DNA of 63,746 nt, the filler included, from Octopus bimaculoides (lineage: Eukaryota), in the NCBI RefSeq assembly GCF_001194135.2. It is 5 parts of 4 records of this genome, joined end to end, with 100 filler letters (N's around TTAATTAATTAA, not from the genome) between each part and the next. Parts side by side here need not be neighbours in the genome. Positions count along the whole stretch, not along the records: positions 39,010 to 61,339 come from NC_068983.1; positions 61,440 to 63,746 come from NW_026307418.1; 3 more parts are not named here. The stretch is one strand, 5' to 3'. The notes below the pieces were generated by a model. The model was given only the letters and a program-made list of their open reading frames with translations, had not been told where the DNA came from and ran no database searches. This document shows, piece by piece, positions 50,385 through 61,690 of the stretch (its first letter is position 1; each line of letters starts with the position of its first letter). The position numbers and the translations under genes were made by a program.

Positions 50385-50719
50385 TATATATTGAAGTCTG
50401 TGAGAACTACTTAATACAATTTCTGAATTGAAAAGGTGATTTTATAAAAATAATTTTCAAAAAATGTTATCAAATCTTTTATGAGGATGTTACTAACATT
50501 TTATGGAAGATTTTTCTAGTGTGTGACCGATTTCATTTAGCCTTACATATATATGTTGGTCTCAAATTCTGGCATAAGGCCAGGAATTTCGGGGTGGGAA
50601 TGTAATTTGATTACATTGTCCCCCAATTCTCAGCTGGTACTTATTTCCTCGATTCCCAATGGATGTAAGTCAAAGTCGACTTCGGCGAAATTCGAACTCA
50701 GAATAATCGACGAAAGTAT

Positions 50720-50975
50720 TGGATGGTGTTATACATCGATGGTCACAATGCACATTGCATCATTTTGGCTTTCAAATGTTACCACAGCGTTGGCTAGGCG
50801 AGCAGGCCAACATCCATCCTTGATCGGGGGGGAGTCCATCGCAGGTGTACACATTTACAGGTGTGTGAACTGGACTAGCGTGACATGCAGTGTTTTGGTC
50901 AAGAAATGACGTAATAGAACCCACGATCTGGCGATCGTGAGTGAAACACCCTAAGCACTAGGCCACCCGCCCATG
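50720..50975 (-). mobile_element. SINE with E2-type head and a different body (CORE/V-domain-like)
   Basis: Minus-strand TGGCCTAGTG A box and GGTTCTATT B-box remnant, then gtcca...cctgtaaatgtgtac and gcgatggact motifs. Confidence 0.5.
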
Positions 50976-50998
50976 TATGTGTGTGTGTGTGTGTGTCT

Positions 50999-51000
<2 letters not shown>

Positions 51001-51084
<84 letters not shown>
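51001..51084. repeat. Long perfect (AT)n microsatellite, representative of dozens in the window
   Basis: Directly visible. Confidence 0.95.
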
Positions 51085-51086
<2 letters not shown>

Positions 51087-52760
51087 CTTCGTATCTAAGT
51101 TTATTACACACATAACACACAGTCTCACACTCTCACACACACACACTCTCTTTCTTTCTCTCTCTGCCAATTAAAGTGACTACGGATAAAGTTGTTTCGC
51201 AGTTGTATGTAACCAGTTCTAGATCTACATTGTCGGTAAAACTATATTTCTTTATTGTCAATGGAGTTGTTAATGCACCAAACGAACTGAATGTTTCTGG
51301 TTTGAGGTGACATGTTGACATGAAAGTTGAAATAGAACATTTATTACCATCAACAAAGGAAGTTAAATACCAAAACAATACTGACATCTCAGGTAAATAA
51401 GGACATATTATTTGCTAGACATAATACTAACTGCAAGCTTGTCTCTCACGTTTTTATTTTATGTTCGTACATTGCGAATCAACGAAATATCTCGAGGGAA
51501 GATTTCTAACTGGCTTTTCACTTTTTCGCATTTGTTTGTTTGTTTGTTTTATTCTCATATCTCTCTTTAACAAAAACAGCGGGAGCAGCAACGACTACTA
51601 TAATTGTTGTTGTTGATGTTGTTGCTGCCGCTGCTGCTTTACCTCTGAGAGCTTTCGGTCTTACGTTGGTTGAATCTGTGAGAGCGGACAGCAACCTGTT
51701 GTCAGAGGGGTCACAGGGTCCCTTTGGCCATTTCATTCACGCACAACAGATTAGACTGTTTGAGAGGACACACATTTACGAGACCCAATATACCTGTCGT
51801 GACTGCCCGTCAGATAAAGGTACACCAGGCGCATGCATCCCACACAACCATTTTCGCACGAGATAGTGACCTCATATGAAGATAAGTAGTTCATGACCTT
51901 GCAGGTGGGGGCCCAGTTACAGTTTTCTTCGGGTTGAGTAACCCCTCCGCTCAAAAGGTCTCTGAAAGATTACTTAAGGATGATGAAAGGAACATTCGTA
52001 TTTCCAGGGGTAAATTATATAAACCCCAACGTCTTCCTCTCAACACATGGCTAAGATGATCCCCAAAATATACATCATTATTATTTGTGTCCTCTCAAAC
52101 AAAATACAAATACCTGAAAATAGAGGTAACTCGAATGTGGAGTCTAAAACCAGAAACTATTTCTATCATAGTAGGCTCATTAGGTATAATAAGAAAACAT
52201 TCAGAGAAATACATAAGAAAAACACCATGACTAACAAGTATATATAACAGAAAAAATAACGCTACTAGGCACTGCACACATCCTACATAAAACACTTTCA
52301 ATACAGTCAAAATGAAGATATCACAACAGACGGCAGCACATACCCAAGGCACATAGAGCTGTGCTTGGTAGTGCAGTGAAAGCGTGTGATAAAAATAAGA
52401 CTGCTGAATAATAATAACAACAATAATCATGCTTTCTTTATTAATCACATCGGGTTCACAAAAAGCATTTGGGAATGGTAGAGTAGAATGCAATCTGGAG
52501 TCACATAAGTGATGTACAAAAAGCAGAAACTACAAAAGTATGCATTTTTAACAATGCCTAAGTTCCGAAAGGAGGGAGGCTTCCTAGGGCTGCTCATGGA
52601 AAACCCACAAGTCTATGGAGGCCCTGACCACTAGGGCAAATCCCGTCTCCACATCATCTACAGGTACAGGCTTGCCATATTCACCCGCCTTTTAACAAAA
52701 TTGCGAGGAGCCAACACTTCTCTCTACCCCCACTTCCTTTTATAACTGAAACTAGATAAT

Positions 52761-53170
52761 ATTTATGAGCGCTTGGCTAAATAGAAGTGTATCTGTCTTC
52801 ATCTCTTTCAATCTGGCCCACGACACAACGTCTTTTGCTTAGGCCACCACACAAAACTACCTGCCTTTCCGGGTCAAACGAAGGCGGTTGGACGATCTTC
52901 AGAATGGATTCAGCCGATAGCTAGATCCACTCGATAACTCACAGCAGGTTCGACATAAACCCACAAGTCAACAATGCTCAGGTACTGGATGAGAACGTGC
53001 AAAACAGTTTCTTCACTCAGCGCATGTCTCGGGCAAGCTCGTCTGATGGCACTTATATGTCTGTAGACTTTATCCCGAACGTGCAATGTTCCTTGGCAGA
53101 ACTGCTAGGCCAAGGATTTCAGGAAATTATCCATAGGTTCCAGTCCGAAAGTTCTCCGGAACAGACCAGT
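52761..53170 (-). mobile_element. Degenerate L1/Tx1-clade LINE ORF2 C-terminus (zinc-knuckle region)
   Basis: LFRRTFG...MDNFLKSLA*QFCQGTLHVRDKVYRH...RACPRHALSEETVLHVLIQY...LWVYVE, then LSAESILKI and AKDVVSWARLK across frameshifts; decayed CCHC knuckle. Confidence 0.65.
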
Positions 53171-54102
53171 CATTTTTTTTTTTTTTGTAAACGCCCAGAG
53201 TCTTCCCGTGAACGTCGTTTTACTTTGCGCCGCTAACCCTCTATAGAACACCTGAAAGGAATTTCCACCAACCGCATTGTCCTACGTTTTGGAGGGAGAG
53301 GGATTGTGAACCCCGTTGCCCAATTGCTACTTATTTCATAGACCCTTAAAGGATGGTAGGCAAAGCTGATCGGGCGAAATTTGAACTCAGGACTTAGACG
53401 AAATGCCGCTAAAGGTTTTGCCCAGCTTTCTAACGATACGGCCTGCTCACCGCTGACAAATGATGTTGGTGATATAATTAGACTTTGAAGCTCCTTACTC
53501 CTGCACCGAAACACCAATGCAACTATATCAGGGTAACATTATTTAAATCCAAGATAAACCATATAAAACTATGACAATTAGCAATAGAGAAATATAAGTA
53601 AATGAATGAGAAGACCGCGACTTGAGTATAGTCTTAACGATTGAGATGCGGCTGTAAACGTCAGATATATCGTTAAGTAATAATAATAATTAATAATAAT
53701 ATATTCAATGAACAGTGTCAATCTATATCTCGTATCGCGCTCTTCTTTCTGCGTATTTATTATTTGGTGGTGAGCTGGTACAACAAACTTGATGGATTCC
53801 AGAGGAAAAGTATTAACTGGGTGCTGGCATTAAAAAACATTTCTGAATGACTACATTTAGAGTGTAACATAGATTAACAACCACACAGTAAACTAAACAG
53901 TGAGTGCAGTTATATCAATTTTGTTTAATATTTAGCTCCTTTGTTTATATTTCTCTATCAGCCCTTATCTCATCTGACCTCTACTGTCATCATTGACACT
54001 CTTCTGAGTCGTGATTGTTTTTCAAACTCACTTCCCGCTTTCACATATTTCCTTCTTTCAAAACAATATTCTGATTGAGCCAAAATATAACAGTAATTCA
54101 GC

Positions 54103-55652
54103 ATGGTTTTAGTTCGTCTGCTGACTGGCTGCTTCAACAATGCCAGTGTCCACCTATCTATAGTTATTATTTACATACTGTTTGGCATTCACTGGAACTT
54201 TCGCTGCTGTCAAGCAGCTGATACATTCGTCCGCACCACAAATGGATACATTAGAGGAATTTACAATACCTCCACAAATGTCACAGAATTCCGAGCGATT
54301 CCTTACGCCAAGAAACCAATCGGTAAATTACGTTTTGTCCCTCCAGTTCTTGCTGAATCTTGGACTGGAGTTTATGATGCCACAAAATATTCTGCAGCTT
54401 GCATGCAACGAACACATTCTGATCCCAACAGTAGACCAGAAATAATGTCAGAAGATTGCCTCTATTTAAACCTATACATACCTGGTATGGTCACCTCCCA
54501 GTCTACGAACTTAACATCGTTGTCAGAGAAACCAGTTATGATTTGGATTCACAGCGGCGGTTTTATGTTTGGACAGGTTCACACTATAGACTTTACGTTT
54601 CTTTGCCGCCAAAGCAATATTATTATAGCGGCTATGGCCTATAGATTAGACATATTTGGATTTTTGAGCTTTCACAACAAACTGTTGCCGGGAAATGCAG
54701 GTCTATTAGATCAGAACATGGCCATTAATTGGGTAAAGGATAATATCGAACGGTTTGGAGGAGATCCGTCTAAAATAACACTGTATGGAGAATCTTCTGG
54801 GGCATCTAGTATATTTTATCATATAGCAAGTCCACACACCGAGGGTCTATTTCAACGAGCAATCATCGGAAGTGGTTCTTTCATTCAAGGTAAAGACCAG
54901 CATAAAGTAATTCTCAAAGCTCTTACCATGGTTGACTGTGCAAAAATACCTGTTCTGAAGATCGCAGATTTTGGGACATTAACAACACAACAAAATATGG
55001 TTTTATTGGACTGTCTCCAGAACCAAACTACAGAGCGACTCGTCAACATTACTCAGACGTTTCCCAAATATACATTTGTTCCAGTTGTGGATAATAATTA
55101 TGTACCCCACAAATTAAGATATACATTTCACCACAATACTAAACAGAAAAGAAATATTCACTGTTTTGTTGGAATAAACAAAGATGGCTTCCCTGTAAAA
55201 TTTACAAAAAATATTAACAGTCGACAATTGTTCGACAGGAGTCTCAAGTCATTGAATAAAATGCGTTCACTTGAAGACCATGTTATAATTAATGATGACA
55301 ACCTATTTCAAACTAGAAGCTCTAACATCTACGTAAAAGCGGCGGTTCTATCCAAATATCTCCCAGAAGATGATTCTTATAGAAGGGGACTGCTGAATGC
55401 CTACAATGGAAAATACTCTACTTTAATCCAAAGATTATTACCCAAATTAACTGAGTCACAGGTATATTTCTATTATTTTACTCCGAGACCATCGTTTGCA
55501 CGAAAAGATCCAATCATGGCGGCTTCATATACAGACGAACTTCCATTTGTTTTCGGTAATGCCGTCACAGATGATAGATTAAACGCAACAAAAGACGAAA
55601 AGAAACTAAGCCTTGACATAATGAACGCCTGGGGAACTTTTGTTTCTTTTGG
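54103..55652 (+). CDS. Large coding exon of a type-B carboxylesterase/cholinesterase-family (alpha/beta hydrolase) protein, probably non-catalytic; continues past a phase-2 intron
   Basis: 517-codon ORF with N-terminal hydrophobic signal. Family motifs VRTTNGYIRG, FRAIPYAKKPIGKLRF, SEDCLYLNLY, PVMIWIHSGGF, YRLDIFGFL, GNAGLLDQ, NIERFGGDPSKITLYGESSG, DELPFVFG, WGTFVSFG. Two conserved Cys pairs. Donor GG|GTGAGT at 55652/55653; possible acceptor CAG at 54099-54101 just before the ATG. Confidence 0.95.
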
Positions 55653-55829
55653 GTGAGTAAGATATCTTTGTATTTCCGAATGTTTTGCTTTTATGCCGAG
55701 ACTCCGAAATCTTGTCGTTAAGGTTGTGAAGCGAACTTCTTACCTACACCGCCCCGCCAGCGCTTTCGTATTTATGCTTTCCTCAATTCCCCAACGCACT
55801 TGCACATTACTAAATACCAATGTGGACCT

Positions 55830-56020
55830 TTACTATTTTACTTTTTTCCAGTCATTTGACTGTATCCATGCTGGAGCACCGCCTTTAGTCGAGCAAATCG
55901 ACCCCAGGACTTATTCTTTGTAAGCCTAGTACCTATTCTATCGGTATATTTTGCCGAACCGCTACGTAAAGACAACAGAATCGGTTGTCAAGCGATGTTG
56001 GGGGGACAAACACAGACACA

Positions 56021-56084
<64 letters not shown>

Positions 56085-56257
56085 CATATATACGACGGGC
56101 TTCTTTCAGTTTCCGTCTACCAAATCTACTCACAAGGCTTTGGTTGGCCCTGAGACTATATTTGAAGACACTTACCCAAGGTACCACGCAGTGGGACTGA
56201 ACCCGGAACCATGTGGTTGGTAGGCAAGCTACTTACCATACAGCCACTCCTACGCCT
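55830..56257 (-). mobile_element. Full-length SINE family B in the esterase intron
   Basis: Reverse-complement match to 36421-36810, few mismatches. Confidence 0.88.
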
Positions 56258-56489
56258 CATATTATTCTGTTATTGTTGTTAATATACTATAAGAGCAAAG
56301 TTTTACATGTATCAGAATTCACGTTAAAGTAGGATGAGGAATTCAGAAAATATAACACTGAGGTTTAGACTTCGCTCTGCTGTCATAGGTTTGATTCCCA
56401 CATCCATGTATATATATATATATATCTTACAATATCATTACAATATCATAGATCAGGAGAAGACCATACACTATAAATATATATATATA

Positions 56490-56528
<39 letters not shown>

Positions 56529-56626
56529 ATATATATATATATATATGTGCGTGTGTGCGTGTGCATGTATATATGTATGTATGAATATATGCCCGGGCAT
56601 ATATATATATACATACATATATGTTT

Positions 56627-56697
56627 GGGCATATGGCGTAGTGGTTAAGAGCGCGGGCTACAAACTCCAACATTCCGAGTTCCATTCCAATCAGTGA

Positions 56698-56767
<70 letters not shown>
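56627..56767 (+). mobile_element. Minimal tRNA-like retroposon: about 75-nt head directly followed by (AAT)n
   Basis: gggcataTGGCGTAGTGGttaagagcgcgggctac...ccGAGTTCCATTCC...cagtgacctg then about 22 AAT units. Confidence 0.6.
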
Positions 56768-56768
<1 letters not shown>

Positions 56769-56972
56769 GTGATGGGAAGTGAAAGAGGAGAAAGTGAATG
56801 ATGTATGAAATGGACGTGTGTGTATGTGTGTGTATGAGAGAAAGAGAGAGCGTGCGTGTGTGAAGTGGTGTGTTGTCATGTATACGTACATACATAAATA
56901 CATATGCATACGTCTTGTTTATATGTACGTGTGTGAGACAGACAGAGAGAGAGAGTGATGTCTAAGTAGCAC

Positions 56973-57007
<35 letters not shown>

Positions 57008-58329
57008 CACAAACACACACATACACGTCCATTTCATATACACATACATACATCTTTCACATTCTCCTCGCTTTCATTTTCAAACAAAAGTGAATAAATA
57101 AAAAATATTTCACAGAAATTAACGAACAATAATATTGTCCCATATCATCGAATTTGGACAGTTCTGAGAGGCAAGACGAAAGAATGCTATGTGTATGATG
57201 TGTGTATATGTATTATAGTATTCCGATGGAAATTGAAGTCTGAGAAGCATATACCACTGCATCTGAAACCAAATGGGATGGTCATAGCCGGAACACCTTT
57301 TTTCATTGGTGTTGGTATGAGGAAACCAACAGCATTTAGCAAGCAGTCTTTCTATACCCGAGTCCCTCTGCCCAACAATACCTCCTGTTTTTACCCCCAC
57401 TATGTTACATCTAACGACCGCTCAAACCATTCTACCCACATTTACAAACGTTTATACATTATTTCATGCCAACCGGTATTTTGCTAGCCACTGTGGGCCT
57501 TTTACAGGTAACTTCCATCTCATCAATGTGGTGGAGAGTGGTGTATTAGAAAGAGATGTGCTCGTCCCTCCTTCCTGTTGATTAGTTGTTGAAATATATG
57601 CAAACATAGAGTGCTAAACGTTGTTTTAAAGGGTGCGTATTGCCCTTTATACTTTAACAATCATTGGTAATACATGGAAATATTGCATGCGCACGATAAT
57701 TATCATTTGACTTTTACCAAACAATTTCTTGTAGTTATCTAAAATGATGAAAGAAATACAAAAGGCTCGAAAGAAATATATTTATTACGTTAAAGTATAA
57801 TTAAATAAGACAAGTTTCTCATTTGTATATTTCCAATAAATACATGTTATTTTTCAACATTTTATCACCACGGTCTCAATCTTTTCCATCGAAAACCTAT
57901 CTCTGCCAATTTTCTTTTTTTAAAGTGAGTATTTTATGCAGAAAGTTATAAGACACTCATATTGAACCCATTAACTCCCCCCCTCTCTCTCTCTCACTCT
58001 CTCTCTCTCTATATATATATTTATCTCTCCCTCCCTTTCTCTCTTTTATACACTTCCACCCTCTCGTTATATATACACATACATATATATGTGCGCGCGT
58101 GTGTGTGTGTGTATCATTTAATGTACCCAGTATAAAGATAGAGCTACTAATAGTTTCTTGCTTTGGAGGCACAATGCGGGTAATAAAAACCTGCCTAGAC
58201 AGATGTCTCCAAAGCAAGTATCTATTAATTGCACATATTTAAATAGTGTGCACATTAAATGACATTTATGGCTCATTGGTTGGAGTATATTTTGTTGATC
58301 TTGCGTGTATGCATTTGTCTGTGTACTTG

Positions 58330-58640
58330 TACGAGGTGTTGCTGAAAATTTCCATTTTGTATTAGAGACTGATGTCTTTCTACAGAGACTACTAGAACCC
58401 GTAAATACCATCTACATATCTCCATTAGGGAGTTCCTTCGGTCCTTTATTCACAGGATTTCAACCGTCAACTATCAATCCCTTTCCCCTTTATGCTTTAT
58501 TTAGCTAACCTACTCGTATTTAAAGTGAGTACAAATCTTCTCTCCGAGCGTATATCACATTTTATCGTTTCTTTAATGTGGCAGCAATATACTCCATTGG
58601 ATGTGTCACTCCTCTCGTGAAAAACTCGCCATGGGCCGAA
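58330..58640 (+). mobile_element. Truncated mariner-type element with only one recognisable TIR
   Basis: TAcgaggtgttgctgaaaatttcc resembles the left TIR at 9678; no right TIR seen; the end coordinate is approximate. Confidence 0.35.
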
Positions 58641-61339
58641 GATTTGTGTACCGTAACTGATTTTAAGAGAGTGAGACGAAAACAAAAGAATCGAACCCAG
58701 AACTTGGCTGGTAATTTATTTATCGATCGCGACAAATTTGAGCTTAGAAGTATTTAAACTGAGAACACAAAGAACGATAGTGATTAACGAAAAGGTTGTA
58801 GTGGAAACGATTCTGCCACTGGATCGCCTTGCAAACTAAACGCCACTCTGAAAGGAAATCATATCTAACGCAAAGTTTATCTGTTTTAATGGCGAGACTG
58901 GAACGCCCGATGTGATTCTTCTTTATCATTGTGGTGTATTTTATTATGAAGTAAATTCAAGGACAAACAGAAGCCACAGCAGTTTATTTCGTTTCACACC
59001 GATGTCTCTAAAAGCTCTACAATTGATTATAGTCGATCGGAGTGGTAGAGTAAATTTTGCAATTTTCATAGATACACAAATGCAAATGAGCCAAGTGAGA
59101 TTGCTTCCTGTATGATCTGTCTGTGTATTGTTTAACTTTGTACTTGTTTGGAACCATACCAATATTGACTAATCAGAGCTATCAAAGCATCCTAGCTGCG
59201 ACCATTCCAATGTTTTAAGAGGTGTTTACGATTATGCTGTGTTTTCCAAAATTAAAATGGTAGTATGTTTCTTTTAAGGAAATGTAGCTGCTATTTTTAG
59301 CAATCTATCGCCGGCAACGCCAAGGTTCCATCGTTGTTTCCTTGGTATTGTGATTCCTGCTATTATTTGAATTACTACACATTGAGGTATTTCGTTTAAT
59401 TTTAGTAATGGGTGTTCTTGTCGGGTAAAACAGAAGTAATTTTGTTTCTTCTGAATTAAGTTTCTAATCCTACATGTATTTGTTTTACTTTTAATCTTGG
59501 AGGACGTTTTAAGCACGAAATTTAATTTTAAGAATGTTTTTCATGGAATACTTTGTGGCATGTTATGAAAGTATCTCCGTCTCCAATCACTCTGGTTATG
59601 AAATATTCTTCGTGTTTTTTGCAGAATCTGGCATGTCTATGAACAATAGAAGGCCACAGATACTATTTTCTAACAAGGATGCTTTTCATTTCATGGTCGA
59701 CCGTTTGCAAGATTTTGACATGCTATTATGTTCTCATTTCTAAGAACTCAATTTCCGTTTTGAAATTTTCTAACGAAAGTTGCTTTCGCCAAATTATTTC
59801 TTTAGTATGAAATATTTGGAGTAATACTAGTGTTGGCAGCCATTCTTTCACGTCTTTTTTTTTTTTTCGCGTTTTCGATGCAATCCAAAGTTTGTTTTTA
59901 TTTTTATCTATTTATATCTTTCGAATAATTTTCTTCTAGAAAGCTGTGATACCAAATTTTGTTTTCTCTCACTTGATATGTTGTAAAATTTTAGCTCATT
60001 CTCTTGGAGGATATTATTAAATCTTTGTGAAGATTTTAGATAACGTAGACTATTTTTTTTTATTCAGCGTCGTTTTATGAAACGTCGTTTACGATATTTT
60101 GTCTTTAGAGAAACAGACATAGTTTCAGTTCCTTCAATGTTGTGATTATCTTCGATATTCCGATTCCAATTAACTTTATTTCCATTTTGATTTGCTATAA
60201 ACATGAATATTCTGTCTTCAGGATTGTTTTGTTGAAAAACAAGACCATCTTCAACATTTTGGGTTATTCTTCGTGTTTTTCCAGTTTTTTTCTTTTTGTA
60301 TGTCTATGATCAATGAAAGGATATTGATACTTTTTGTGCGAAGAATGATTTTGTATTTTATTTTATTTAATGATTGACCCTTTCCAAATTTTGGCATGCT
60401 CTTAAGTTCTTCAGAAGCTAATTTCCATTTTGAAATTTTCTAACGAAATGAAGTTATTAAAACGCATTCATTTTCAATAATAATATGTTTATAACGTGAA
60501 ACTTTTAAAGATGAAAAATATACTATCTCGAGATTTTCAATGTAAAGGATGAAAATAGAAAATTTCACAAAGTTTATCGAGCATACGATTACATGCAATC
60601 CAACCGTGACCATTACAACATTTGACTTAGTTATAGCTTATCCACAAGGATATCGTCAATCTAACCGTCTTTTGTAGGTTATGATTTGTAAACTTTACGT
60701 ATAATAGAATTTTTGGCAGCAGAAGCAGATTTTCAAATTGTCAGGAGATACAAGAGGAAAATTTCTGGCGAATCCTGACCATTATCTCCTGATAAGAAGC
60801 AACATTAATGAACACCAAGCAAATATCAACGCCTGACCAAATTAATAATTGCTAAAATCGCGTGGACGATATTAGTGAAAATTATGTTTCGCACCCAATA
60901 AAGCTAATATATTTCAAAACATCTTTCTAACCATAAAAATATGAATATTGAAAAGATAACGGGAATAATTAAAATAATCAAAGACACATCTGGTTAACTT
61001 TTCAATTCTTTAAAACCATTACTATTCAGGATTTACAACTGTACCTATGTATATATGTATGAATGTGTGTATCTAAATGTTTATAAAAGAAGACATGTAC
61101 ATAAAAGTGTGCTTTTAATGTATCTGTGAGTGTGTACACGTGTATGCGTATATATAAAGAAAACAAGACAAGATGGATTGAAAATATTGACATATAAAGT
61201 CTTTATACAAGCTTCATTGACAATCACAAAATGATTCCCGAAGACTAAACTTACGTGAATTTATAAACCATAACTTCATTAGAGTTTCGTAAAATAATGA
61301 AATTATTCATTCATTAATATATATATATATATATATATA

Positions 61340-61439
61340 NNNNNNNNNNNNNNNNNNNNNNNNNNNNNNNNNNNNNNNNNNNNTTAATTAATTAANNNNN
61401 NNNNNNNNNNNNNNNNNNNNNNNNNNNNNNNNNNNNNNN
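61340..61439. other. Artificial 100-bp scaffold spacer
   Basis: 44 N + TTAATTAATTAA (61384-61395) + 44 N. Confidence 0.92.
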
Positions 61440-61480
<41 letters not shown>

Positions 61481-61617
61481 GTGCGTGCGCGTGTGTGTGT
61501 GTGTAAACATATATATATATATACACACACATATATATACATATATACATATATATATACATATATACATATATATATATGTAAATATATATATATGTAA
61601 ATATGTGNNNNNNNNNN

Positions 61618-61681
<64 letters not shown>

Positions 61682-61690
61682 GCATATATA

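Noticed and set aside
48280-53170. One long L1/Tx1 element joining the endonuclease and zinc-knuckle fragments
   Set aside because: Both are on the minus strand but in the wrong order, so they are separate insertions.
57191-57487. 98-aa ORF in the esterase intron as the missing terminal exon
   Set aside because: The available acceptor (tattatAG) gives the wrong frame for a phase-2 join and stops after 7 codons; no WP.Y/YL motifs.
60738-60795. Pre-miRNA-sized hairpin (ttgtcaggagata / tatctcctgataa)
   Set aside because: Only 13 contiguous pairs and a large poorly paired interior; too weak without small-RNA data.
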